From Octopus vulgaris (taxonomy: Eukaryota): DNA of 64,000 nucleotides. Location of the stretch: assembly GCA_951406725.2 (NCBI GenBank), contig OX597828.1:26040001-26104000 (forward strand). The letters are read 5' to 3'. Of the stretch, positions 29,048 through 41,760 are shown piece after piece; within the stretch, counting starts at the first letter, position 1; the number at the start of each line of letters is the position of its first letter. Below the pieces are notes generated by a model that was not told the origin of the DNA, made no database searches, and worked only from the letters and a program-made list of their open reading frames with translations. A program made the position numbers and the translations under genes.

Positions 29048-29386
29048 ATACATGCCTACATACATACACATATATATAAATATATAAATATATATTCACA
29101 TGTATATGTATACATTTACACACATATATGTCTATGCATAAACAAATAAATATATATATACATATAAATAGACACATGCATACAAACATACGTAATACAT
29201 ATATACACATATGCACAAATACATACACACACGCATACACACACACACACACACACCTTCACTCATACATACACAGTTCATTTTTTTAATCATGATATAG
29301 GGACTGACAGAGGATAAAATTGAATTGTTTTCGTTTTCTGAAGACGAAGAAATGGAGTGTAAGTAATTGAGTAGAAGGGAGCGAAT

Positions 29387-29420
<34 letters not shown>

Positions 29421-29493
29421 TGAATGAGTGGAAGAGAGAGTGGAAGATTGAGAGGGGAAGTATATGTCAGCGGGAGAACGTGAGATCGAATAT

Positions 29494-29568
<75 letters not shown>

Positions 29569-29685
29569 GTGAAAGCGAGAGTGTTCGATTATAAAGAGCT
29601 GAACTGACACATCGAGGTCTGAAATGATACAACTGTTAACGTGTGTAAATATACATTTACACATACCATGCACACACTATCACAC

Positions 29686-29761
<76 letters not shown>

Positions 29762-29762
29762 G

Positions 29763-30030
29763 CGCAGGCGTGCCTGTGTGGTAAGAAGCTTGCTTTCTAA
29801 CCATATTGTTCCAGGTTCAGTCCCAAAGTGCGGTATCTTGGTCAAATGCCTTCTACTATAGCTTCGAGCGAATGAAAAGCTTGTGAGTGGGTTCGGTAGA
29901 GGGAAACTGAAAGAAACCCGCCGTGTGTGTGTCTGAAGTTGGTGCTTTTACAGACTTAACAAAAATTAAGTAATGGGATCGATTCATTCGACTAAAAATT
30001 ATTCGGGACAGCGTTCCAGTAAAAGATAAA
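29763..30030 (+). mobile_element. SINE family A, diverged and deleted copy
   Basis: cctgtgtggtaagaagcttgct...ggttcagtccc...ggaaactgaaagaa. Confidence 0.8.
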
Positions 30031-30839
30031 AGGAATATATATATATATATATATATAAAGATAAATCTTTCTTGGAATAGGATGCGTAGCGTTCAATCAT
30101 ACGAAACGTGTACAACAAAAAAGTACGAAGTACGAGTACATCGAATATGAACTTCTTTTTTTGAACAACGAAAGACACAAATGGAAAACAAGACAAACAA
30201 CATAAAGACCGACCCTTCATCAGTTGTTGGCTGTTTTTCTACTCTCGTATTTCGAGCATTTAACAACAATATACGCTTTCGATAATTTTTTTTTTTTTTT
30301 GATATTTTAATCTCCTGATAAAACTTTTTTAGTAGGTGGATATTTATTTTATTTCTATTTTTACCTTTACTTATTTTATATTTGTCTATTAGGTATTTTG
30401 GTAGTTTTTGAATTTTTAACTGTTTATATTTAACAGTTTTAATAGGCCGTTCTATTTGTATTTCATTCGATTATATACTTTTAGCTTCTGTGATTTTATG
30501 TATATGTATTATTTTTATGTGTTTGTGAAACATGGTGTTTTTTATATGTGATTAAATGTTTGAGGGGTGGTGATGTGTGTAAAGTCGTTGACCCAAATTT
30601 AATGTTTGTTCTATAAGCAACGTTTCTTTATCTTCCTCTCATTTATATTTGAGCACTTCTTTTGCAGTCCTATAAACCCTTTTGTTTTTATTATATTATT
30701 ATACTATTTCTTTTTTTTTGTTTGTTTTTATTATATTATTATATTATTTCTTGTTGCAGTCATTTGCTCGTTGAGCACTTCATTTAGGCTGCATTATGAA
30801 TAACCATTGTTTGGGTTTTTCGACGAAAAATATCCTCAT

Positions 30840-32680
30840 AGCCTCGAAGAATGCGTATATAGAATCACTTGTCCATAAAACTACTGATAAGGTAAGATTG
30901 TGTGCTTTAATAGGCTAAGATGGTATGCTTTCTTCTTTGATATAAAAAAATAATGGACAACAGTAGTATGAATGGAACTGACTCTCGTGACGAGAAAAAC
31001 TATCATAACCTCAAAACTTATAAGAATCCATCGTCCAACCCAGCTCTTGCTAAATTTGAACATGACCTTATGAATTTGATTACACGGTTGAAGTTCTCCA
31101 AATACACGAATCCTTTCCAGAGACTTCTGTCTAATAAGATATCCGCAATGAAATCATCTCCTGGTTTTCACGTCCTATCGGATAAAACCTGAAACATTTA
31201 TTCTGTACTGCCGAAATATTGATAATGACTTGATCCTGAAGGAGTTAAACTCTGGTTATGAATATACAAGCAAAAATGCTGTGGATAGGATTACTGACAC
31301 TCACTTAGAAATCATCTCTGGTTTGGACCTGCTTCACAGAACCAAGGCCTATGCTGCAAAACTCCCTATGCGCTCTTGAAGGACCATAAGTCTGATTTTG
31401 TATCAAATCCTTCGATTAGGTTGATCTGCCCGACCAAATCTGATTTGGGTAGAATCAGTAAATATTATTATCGATCGTATTATTCCCATCATGAGGGATA
31501 ATGTTCACCTTCCCTTATGGAAATTTACTGGGGATGTTATCCTATGGCTTGACTCCCTTAAGGATTAACATAATTTAGATTGTATATAATTTGATATCTC
31601 GAACTATTATAATTTTATATCCCCTATATTGCCGAATAAAGCCTTGATTTTCGCCCACAAATTTGCGGATATACCTAGTTCAGATATTGATGTAATATTA
31701 GCGGCAAGGGAGACCCTCATCTCCTACAACAAGCGTGATTAGCAGAGAGCTGATTCCATTAATTTCTTTGATATAACTACGGGGGTCTTCTGATTCTGCA
31801 GAGGTGGCTGACTTAGTAGGCCTATACCTACATTCGCAGATTAGGGATAGTTTTCCTCTCTTCACTGGGGGACTGTATAGGGATGGTGCACTTCTAGCTG
31901 TACGTAACCAGTCAAAAACTGCATTGAATAGATTGAGGAAATCTCTGAGAGGTTTCTTAAAGGATTTATTTAATCTTAACATTATCTTTCATCTTAACTC
32001 CAGAGTGGTGAATTTCCTAGATGCTACATTGTGTTCGGATACGGGTTTATACTTACCATTTCGTAAACCAAACAAATCCATCTCATATAGCAATGTATCG
32101 TCTAATCACCCCAAATCCACTATAGATAGCATCGTTACCGCTATTTCGATCAGAATCTCAAATTTATCTGCAAATGAAGAGATCTTCGATTAACATGAGC
32201 CAGTGTACAACAACGCTCTAAAATTAAGCGGTTTCAGAACTAAAATCTCATATTTACCTAACATGAGATTTAAAAACAAGATGGCGGGTCTCCCACTTGA
32301 CCATGTCACGGTTGGTCGGGAAAAATGCAATGCATTACATGATCGCAACCCAAATAAGCCATTGGTTACAAACGTATTTAGAGATGTTAGGAATAGGTAT
32401 AAGAAAAGAAATAGTGGTAGTGGGAAGATAAGTAAAACCAAGAACTCACGTTCGCTCCCACCTTTTTCTCTCAGAGTAAGACATTTGCCCAAGATGTTTT
32501 TTAAGATTCTGGTGGGGAACTTCCCAAAGAATCGTAAATACTACAGCATTTGCAATAAGTCTTCTATCAAGTCCTCTTACTCAGTAATGCCAAATTTGGT
32601 CTCCGTTATTGCATCCATAAATAGAAACAAGTTAAATGGGCAATTGCACTGGAGGTTTTCTTCTCATGGAGACCCCGGTT
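30840..32680 (+). pseudogene. Penelope-like RT pseudogene of a second clade (YRDD type, probably Hydra clade), 3' truncated
   Basis: SDKT*NIY, LKDHKSDFVSNPSIRLICPTKSDLGRISK, AEVADLVGLYL, GGLYRDG (decayed YRDD), VNFLDATL, FRKPN, SNHPK, KSSYSVMPN; clade assignment is from memory. Confidence 0.85.
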
Positions 32681-32685
32681 GTATT

Positions 32686-32965
32686 TTGTGAGTGGATTTG
32701 CTAGACGGAAGCTGAAAGAAGCCCGTCGTATGTGTATGTATTTGAGTGTGTGTGTCTGTGTATGTGTTTGTTCCCCACCACTATCGCTTGACAACCGATG
32801 ATGGTGTGTTTACATCCCTGTAACTTAACGGTTCGGCAAAAGTGACCCGATAGGATAAGTACTAGGTTTACAAAGAATAAGTCCTGGGTCGACTTGTTCG
32901 ACTAAAGGCGGTGCTCCAGCATGGCCAAAGTCAAATGACTGAAACAAATGAAAGAATAAAAGAAT
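32686..32965 (+). mobile_element. SINE family A, 5'-truncated
   Basis: ttgtgagtggatttg...aaggcggtgctccagcatggcc...gaaacaa. Confidence 0.9.
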
Positions 32966-33417
32966 ATATATATATATATATATAAAGTACAATCGTCACT
33001 GAAAGTGATTAAGGATTATGGGTGCATGTTCGCACCATCACTGCTAGAAATAGGAGTCAAAATCTTAGCCACGAACAAAACATTTTCTGTTCAACCAAGC
33101 ACTGTTTATTGTCTCCCTTGTCAGTCAATCGATAATGCTCTTTTCGTGGCTAAGAATTGTTTTGACTCCTATTTCTAGCAACGCTGCTGCACACTTGCAC
33201 CCTTAATCACTTTCAGTGACCATTGTAGTTGTGCCTTTTGGTTTTCAATTGCGACCAGCCACTCCAATAATTTGTGTGTATGTGTGTATGTGTGTATGTG
33301 TGCACGCATGCAGAGTTACGTACGTGCATACATAATATACATACACGCATACACATGCACACACACACACATATATATTTATATATGAATACATGTACGC
33401 ATACCTATATATATATC

Positions 33418-34866
33418 AGTTTCATCAGGGATGACATCGACTTCCTGTCCCATCTTCCCAAAACAACAGAAACAAATTCAGTTTTGCTAAGTTTTGATGT
33501 GGTAAGCCTCTACACCAATATTCCACACGATTTAGGAATAAAGGCGATTAAATACTGGTTAGAAAAACATAGAGAAGTGATTCCCAGCAGATTCACAGTG
33601 CCATTTATATTAGACACAGTCAAACTTATTCTAGAAAATAACACATTCTTCTTCAATGGAAAGAATTACATCCAAATTAGAGGCACGGCGATGGGAACGA
33701 GGTTTGCTCCCGTTTACGCCAACTCTGTAATGGGATACTTAGAAGAACAACTCTACCAAGAGGTGGAGGTAAACTATGGCACTGGATTTAGAAAGTATAT
33801 TGAAAAGGCATGGAAGAGATACCTAGACGACTGTTTCATAATCTGGACAGAATCTCTAAATACTCTGGAAGAGTTCAATATCCTCCTGAACAACCTACAC
33901 CCATCTCTCAAATTTACAAAGGAGATGAGTAGTACCAAATTACCATTCCTGGATATAATGGTAATTAAAAAAGACACCACCATCACCACAGATATATACT
34001 ATAAACACACAGACACACATCAATACCTAAATTTTAAGTCGTGCCATCCACCACATACAAAACGTAACATCCCATACTGCCTAGCCAGAAGAATTTGTAC
34101 TATTGTAGAAGATGCAAATATCAGGAACAAACGCCTAATAGAACTAAGAGAATTTTTGCTCAAACAAAAATACCCATCTCTACTTATAGAAAATGGCATA
34201 CAGCGGGCTATAAAAATACCTATACAACAACTTAGGACAACCCAAGGAAGAGGAAAACAAGAACAAGTCATGCCATTCATAGTGACACACAACCCATGTC
34301 ACCAGAATATCTTCAACATTGCCAAAGCAAACCTACCAATCATTGCCCAAAGTAATGAATTAAAAGACATAATCAAGGATCGAGCTATGGTGCTTAGTAA
34401 AAGACAGCCTAAAAACTTGAAAACATTACTAACAAAGGCAAAATTTGACCTCAGCAACAAAGACCAAACATTCACGGTATCTAAATGCAATGATAGCCGA
34501 TGTGGCACATGCCAATTCATACATACCGGTCAATATATAAACACAAAAACCGGGAAAATATTCACAAACGCGAATATGAACTGCAAAAGCAGAAATTTAA
34601 TTTACTGCATCAAATGCCCAAATTGTGAAGAAATATATGTAGGTCAGACGGGAAACGCACTATTAGAACGCTCACGTGTACACCGGCAACAGATTAGAGA
34701 CCCAGAGGTCCGTCAGATACCTTTGAGTAACCACCTAGCAACATGTGGTCGGAAAATATATATAATATTTCCATTCTACAAATTACACAGCCCAAGTGAA
34801 ATCGAGAGGAAAATCAGAGAAAAGAATTTTATTGATAAATTCGAACCCAAGCTAAATAAGCAATAA
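33418..34866 (+). CDS. Penelope-like element RT + Cys linker + GIY-YIG endonuclease (Neptune-like), 5'-truncated, uninterrupted
   Basis: SFDVVSLYTNIP, GTAMGTRFAPVYAN, KRYLDD, LPFLDI, SCHPPHTK, CNDSRCGTC, NLIYCIKCPNCEEIYVGQT; the first ~48 codons of the listed ORF are microsatellite. Confidence 0.97.
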   Translation, partial: SFIRDDIDFLSHLPKTTETNSVLLSFDVVSLYTNIPHDLGIKAIKYWLEKHREVIPSRFTVPFILDTVKLILENNTFFFNGKNYIQIRGTAMGTRFAPVYANSVMGYLEEQLYQEVEVNYGTGFRKYIEKAWKRYLDDCFIIWTESLNTLEEFNILLNNLHPSLKFTKEMSSTKLPFLDIMVIKKDTTITTDIYYKHTDTHQYLNFKSCHPPHTKRNIPYCLARRICTIVEDANIRNKRLIELREFLLKQKYPSLLIENGIQRAIKIPIQQLRTTQGRGKQEQVMPFIVTHNPCHQNIFNIAKANLPIIAQSNELKDIIKDRAMVLSKRQPKNLKTLLTKAKFDLSNKDQTFTVSKCNDSRCGTCQFIHTGQYINTKTGKIFTNANMNCKSRNLIYCIKCPNCEEIYVGQTGNALLERSRVHRQQIRDPEVRQIPLSNHLATCGRKIYIIFPFYKLHSPSEIERKIREKNFIDKFEPKLNKQ

Positions 34867-35179
34867 TAATAATACTTAGAGGTATTACTTCCACTGCTAC
34901 GACCATGACCACTAACAACAACAACAATACTAAAGGTGATCAAGACGAAGATAGCAGGAAAATTATCTTATTTAGGGTTAAAAGTTCTATTGCCACCACC
35001 ATCACCACTAGCAACAATAATTAAGGTGCTGACAATGATGATGATGACAATTGAAATATAAAAATATAAAAATCTCTGACAAAGGATATTTACAACATTT
35101 CTAAAAATAACCCAACAATTGCTGCTTCGGCCAGGGTCAAGATACAGGACTCTTGACCTGTCCAACAAAGCGTGATGCC

Positions 35180-35330
35180 TAAACCAATCAGCTCAACCAA
35201 CCAATCAGCTTAAGTAATTGAGTGATACTACACACTGATTGGTCAGAATACAGTTTGCAAAACCTAGCACTCTGGAGCCTACCCAGCTGTATTTATAGCA
35301 CAGAATCACTCATCTTGCTACAGTCAAAAA
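35180..35330 (+). promoter_or_regulatory. Putative PLE pseudo-LTR promoter
   Basis: CCAATCAG at 35184 and 35201, reverse CCAAT at 35238-35242, TATTTATA at 35290-35297, initiator-like CAGT ~30 nt downstream. Confidence 0.55.
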
Positions 35331-35360
35331 TTGTGAAGCATGACTGTCAACACTACTACA

Positions 35361-35405
35361 TGAACCCGAAGATTGCAGAATTCAATGCATGAAAGTACTA
35401 GTTCA
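35361..35405 (+). ncRNA. Minimal type I hammerhead ribozyme motif in the PLE 3' repeat
   Basis: tgaac-CCGAAGA-t-tgca-gaattcaa-tgca-t-GAAA-gtac-T-A-gttca: 5-bp stem I, 4-bp stem II, palindromic AGTACT stem III. Confidence 0.8.
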
Positions 35406-35534
35406 ATCAGAATGAATATTTAACATTCTACTATTTCATTTTATTTTATTCAATTATAATATATTATCTTATAATATATCATTATAAGATTGTAAATAAA
35501 ACGTGAAAATCAGACAAGGTTGGAATTCTTTTTA

Positions 35535-35571
<37 letters not shown>

Positions 35572-35945
35572 CTCTTTTTTCTCTTTTACTTGTTTCAGTC
35601 ATTTGACTGCGGCCATGCTGGAGCACCGCCTTTAATCGAGCAACTCGACCCCGGGACTTATTCTTTGTAAGCCCAGTACTTATTCTATCGGTCTCTTTTT
35701 TGCCGAACCGCTAAGTGACGGGGACATAAACACACTAGCATCGGTTGTCAAGCAATGCTAGGGGGAGAAACACAGACACACAAACATACACACACATATA
35801 TATATACATATATACGACAGGCTTCTTTCAGTTTCCGTCTACCAAATCCACTCACAAGGCTTTGGTCGGCCCGAGGCTATAGTAGAAGACACTCACCCAA
35901 GGTGCCACGCAGTGGGACTGAACCCGGAACCATGTGGTTGGTAGG
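35572..35945 (-). mobile_element. SINE family A
   Basis: Reverse complement of 988-1379, head clipped at a (TA)n tract. Confidence 0.92.
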
Positions 35946-35960
35946 CCTATATATATATAT

Positions 35961-36148
35961 AGGGAGAATTCACGAAAAAAAACAAAAGGCGAAGACAGGT
36001 GGTGTAGAAAACAAGCAAATGTATTAGTTTAACGCTCGGGAATTGAAAAAGTCTTTAACGCTCCGAGCCTACGGTCTTTCGCAGAAAGGAACACATAAAA
36101 AAACAAGGAGAGAAAAAACACGTGTGTAGTGGCTAACGATCTATCATG
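35961..36148 (-). mobile_element. Family H2 element with decayed hammerhead
   Basis: Reverse complement homologue of 1788-1976; cttt-ctgcgaa-agaccgtaggctc-ggag-cg-t-t-aaag. Confidence 0.7.
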
Positions 36149-36394
36149 TATCTATACACATACACACACACACACATACACACACACATACATACACTTC
36201 CACTCTATTCTCAGCAATACAAATAACCGATAAAATGAAGTTTCATTTTGTCAACCAAGATGGCGATTAATGAAAAGCTACAACTTACTAATTAGCATAA
36301 ATTTGAATTAAAGAATACGATAGAAGAGAGAGATAGACAAATAAATAGATAAATAATATGTGTCTGTGTGTGTGTGTGTATTTATATACGCATA

Positions 36395-36455
<61 letters not shown>

Positions 36456-36790
36456 CATATACACACAAACCCACTCACGCACACACACACACATGTATAC
36501 ATAATATACACGCATACACACTCGTATACATTTCTTCTCTGCAAATAAATTTGAAATGAAAATATGTCTTTTCGTAAATACACACAGAAACACATACGCA
36601 CACATACTTACATACAAACACACACATACATACATACATACATACATACATACATACATACATACATACATACATACATACATACATACATACATGCATA
36701 CATACATGCATACATGCATACATACGTACATACATAGATACATACATACATACATACATACATACATACATACATACATACATACATACA

Positions 36791-36821
<31 letters not shown>

Positions 36822-37648
36822 GCTTGGTGCGTGAATCTATATAATTTTTTCAGAACCAATACTGTTCCCAAAAAGTATATCCAATAACGGTCAAAGATCA
36901 ATATATAATAACACACTATATTACGAAATTGCAGAGATTGCGAATCTAAATGAAATCTGTTTTGTTTTGTTTTTCTTTAAAAAAAATTATTATTTTTTAT
37001 CGTCTGCTTTTATTGAAAATGGTAAGAAGTACAAACGATAGATGACATGAACCTTTGGATAACTTACTTTAAAGGATGTTGTTTTATTGTTGCTGTTGTT
37101 TTATCAAACTAAGTCTGTATAAGAATATATATATCTAATCTTACTCGAAAGTAATTTTATCTTTAAAAATCTATAGAGAGAGCATGTGGGGCTGACAATT
37201 GAGTTATCGTGATTTCGACCAAATTGTTGCTTCACTAGTGACATGGGTTGCGGACTACGCATGCGCTGTTATGTATCTTGGATTTAATTTATGTAGATAT
37301 CGCGAATTAATTTTTCGTTAATGAAGATTTATTGACAATATGTAAACGACAAAAAAAAAAATCGCGTAACACATCATAAAACAAATTGTCTGCGATTTGA
37401 ATAAATTGAAAAAATAATTAAAATAACTAATATTTTGCTGTACAAATATTTCAGCCATAAAATATACAAATAATATATGGGTGGATATTTATGTATATGT
37501 TGCGTATGTATATATATTTGTGTACGTGTTCGTAAAAATATGTGTATAGATATATAAGTATTTATATTATATATGTATATACATACATAAACATATATAA
37601 ATGTATACGCATATATATATACATATATATATACATGCACACACACAT

Positions 37649-37746
<98 letters not shown>

Positions 37747-37949
37747 TAGAATTCTGAGCAATTATGAGATGCCATCTAAGTAGTAGATATAATGTGTTAC
37801 TTGTTCAGTCTTGTGTTAAAATAAGATACATAAAATTGCAATATATTTTTTATGCAGTTTGACCATTTAAAACATTAATTACCGTAATTGTAATTTACGT
37901 CAAATTAGTGAATAAATTTTTAGTATAGCAAAAGTATATTTAGTCTTGC

Positions 37950-38700
37950 AACAGAAAACGCAACAGGCTTGAAATATGCTCGACATACATTTCAAGAAAG
38001 TTCGAATAGTTTGATTATAGCTTTACGAAACTTGGCAGTAAATCTATCCTCGTTTATTGTAGAAATTTGGTTGAAATAAAGAAAACGAACCAGTGATAAA
38101 TGAATCGTAATAAATGAACCAGTGATAAATGAATCATCCCTAGGCACTTTGGAAATGAAATAGCTGATAAGTTCATTGACATCACACTCGTGGCCCACAG
38201 CAGCAAAGTTTCCTTTGGTCTGTATTTTCTTGATCTTCTCTACCGTTTACTGCAAAGAATAGACTCACCTGCCTCATTTTTTAGGATCAGACATCTTCCT
38301 TTTGGAGTGAATGGTAGATTTATTAACAACAAAATCACCACCAACAGCAGCAAAGTTTCCATCGTCATGCAGTTTCTTGATTATTTCTACCTTTACCTGC
38401 CGAAGATACTCTCGTCTGCACCGCTTGTTCCCACAGGTGCAATGCTGATGGGTACGACTACGTAAATCCGTATAACAAATACGTAGCTTCGCAGCACAAA
38501 CAATAATCAGTGAATTCCGGGTATTTCTTAGCTTCTAGCTGGTCATTAGGGTATGTTTTGCGGTACAAAAAGGTATCTTCGACTGATCACTGTTTTATCA
38601 CCGATCGATCTGTGACAAGCGTAATATGGTTTACAATTGAACATAATGTGTTATCTCAGATCAGTGGTAAATGAATCATTTGTAAACGTGGCTGCTCGCA
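37950..38700 (-). pseudogene. Possible piggyBac-like transposase relic
   Basis: Minus strand VRFLYFNQISTINEDRFTAKFRKAIIKLFELS*NVCRAYFKP resembles the RFLRFD..DKFAAIR.LF...C...Y.P segment; very decayed. Confidence 0.3.
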
Positions 38701-39059
38701 CACCCAAGGAATATGAAACTAGAGGTCTTTGTGTGATGTGCTTGACTACGCGACGTAGGCTCTTTTCATATAAGCCATCAGCGAATAACCTGTAATTAGA
38801 ACCAAGCGCAAGGCCGAAGTTTTTTTCTTTAAAATTTTTTTTTTCAAATAATCTGGTTGGTATTTCTGAAATTATCTGCCACAGAAACTTACTATTATGC
38901 CAATGCCACATTTTTGGTCAGCTTTTTCAAAAACGACAACGACTGCGGCACCACTGACATTTTGCAAGGCTTCTAAGAAAGGGAAGGAAGAAAATGCGAC
39001 TCATATGGAACACTCTATTTCTGACCACCGGCCGAGTATGCGTGTGAAGACAGCTAAAA

Positions 39060-39490
39060 GAATAATTTAACCCAGACTACCTTCTTCCAACTGTTAAACA
39101 TGGAGGAAGATCTGTGATGAGCTGATGGGAGATGGGGGTATATCTTGGAAATCCGGCGGCCCTATGGCTTCCCTTCATGGCAGAATTAATAGTGAAGACC
39201 ATTTAAGCATTTTATCTAATCAAATTCATCCTATGGTTATGAAACTGTTTCCGGAGGGAAACGCAATAATCTAGGATGATAATGCACCAATTCGCACAGC
39301 TAAAGTTGTTACTGAATGGCACGAGGAACATTCTAGTGAAGTTGAACATCTTATCTGGCCACCACAGTCCCAAGATCTCAATATTATTGAACATTTGTGA
39401 TGTCTTGTAGAAAAACAAGTAAGGAGTCGATATCCTCCATCATCATCACTACAAGAACTGGAGACTGTTTTAGCTGAAGAATGGAGAGAA
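39060..39490 (+). pseudogene. Tc1 (DD34E) transposase C-terminal relic
   Basis: LPTVKHGGRSVM, *DDNAPIRTAKVVTEW, LIWPPQSQDLNIIEHL*. Confidence 0.92.
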
Positions 39491-40659
39491 TCCAGAGTTA
39501 GTATGCATCAGTTGTTAGACATTATATTATGTATTTTTATTTATTTAAAGCAGTTCTGATAATATATATACATGATTAATATTTAATGCATCCTCAAATA
39601 TTGTTATTAGAGGATGCGTAAAAAGAGAAAGAGAAGAAAGGGTATAATCGAAATAAACAATGTAATTTGAGAGGGGTACAGTTTTGTAGAAATGAAAAGG
39701 CATATAAAAGGAGAAATATATATACATACATACATCACTTTAAACTTGCTAAAATAATATTCGGTTTATATGATCAAGTGATCAAGGTGTCATAGCGAGG
39801 ATCTGATGCAATTAAGTCGGAGAGATCGTTTCAACCTTAATCTAAGCGAAAGAATACAAAAATAAACTCTATTTTCCATTTTGTTGTTTGTTTTGTTTAA
39901 TTTATTTTATGATCTATTATTGTTTATAGTCTGAATAACATATGTATCGGGGTACAAAAATCTTTTAAGTTCTAGCGCCTCTATGGATCTTAATCCAGCC
40001 CTGCATATAAGACATATTTTTTTTTCAGATAACTCCGTTTCTTATTTGCGAAGTGAGACCTATATTTTATGTACTTTAGTACATAAAATATAGGTCCCAC
40101 ATCGCAACTAAAAACTTGGTGTTGGGGAATCAAGTATAAGCGCTGCTGAAATTGGGATGCGCCAAATACGTCCGAGCGTCTTTTATCCCATTAAATACTG
40201 TAAATAGCACAATTCGATGAATAAACAAAATATTGCTTCCACAAGGAATTGAAACTGAGACTCTGGAAAGATTTTGTGGAAGACAACCTACGACTCAACG
40301 AAATTAGATGGCTACACCTCACATTTTTCACTGTTTTGTAGCATTTTACTATTCACTGTCTTTGTAACAAATGGGGAAATGCGTTTTTACTAATGGAGAA
40401 TGTTGCTTTTCTTCTTTCTCCCCGCTCATATCGACAATACATTACAAGAAAAGGTTTTTTTTTTATCAGTCTGTAAGAAGTGGGACAACTGAAGAACTCA
40501 GGGTGGGTAAGTAGCTTCCGAGTTCGATCTTAGTCAAGGGCGTGTTATCCTTTCATCTTCTTATTTCAATCAATGAGAAAAAAAATGTCACCAATACCAA
40601 AAGAAGTAAAGAACATCTAAATGTATGTGTGTGTATGTGTGTGAGAGAAAGTGAGTGTA

Positions 40660-40705
<46 letters not shown>

Positions 40706-41080
40706 TACACGCCCAAATACACATATTCTCAAAATGTGTAAATAATTTCAAGCTGTGTCCTTCCAATCAGATCAGCAAAAAATAAGTCGGGAACAAAAGT
40801 AAAAGTTAAGCAGAGATTGATGAGCATAAATTCAAGCATTCGAATATACGCGTGCGCGCTTATACACACACACACATACACACATACACACATACACACA
40901 TACACACATACTAGATTGTTCTTTTCTCCCACCACAGCAGATTGCGTATTAAATTCATATTTTCCCTGCTATGTGGCTATTTTGTGGCAAAGAATATGGA
41001 CAAAAAGAATATAGAAAGGATGAGGCAAATAGAGATAAGAACGGTAGTCAGAGAGAAAGTAATAGACAGAGAAACAGCGC

Positions 41081-41760
41081 ATACACACATACATACATAC
41101 ATACATACATACATACATACATAGATGCATACATTCATACATACATACATACATACATACATACATACATACATACATACATACATACATACATAGATGC
41201 ATACATACATACATACATACATACATACATACATAGATGCATACATACATACATACATACATACATACATAGATGCATACATACATGCATACATACATAC
41301 ATACATACATACATACATACATACATACATACATGCATGCATGCATACATACATACATACATACATACATACATTGAAGCATACATACATACATACATAC
41401 ATAGATGCATACATACATACATACATACATACATACATACATACATACATACATACATACATGCATATATACATACATACATACATGCATACATACATAC
41501 ATACATACATACATACATACATAGAAGCATACATACATACATGCATACATACATACATACATACATACATGCATATATATATACATACATACATACATGC
41601 ATGCATACATACATACATAGATGCATACATACATACATACAAACATACATACAAGCATACATACATACATACATACATACATACATGCATACATACATAC
41701 ATATATACATACATACATACATATATGCATGCATACATACATACATAGATGCATACATAG
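41081..41760. repeat. Compound (TACA)n microsatellite with recurring TAGATGCA variants
   Basis: Direct reading; source of the 180-290 aa MYVC/YIHT ORFs; similar array at 36625-36820. Confidence 0.98.

Noticed and set aside
30840-32680. Selenoprotein-encoding Naiad-type PLE
   Set aside because: No N-terminal GIY-YIG seen; stops are of mixed type and accompanied by frameshifts, which indicates decay and not UGA recoding
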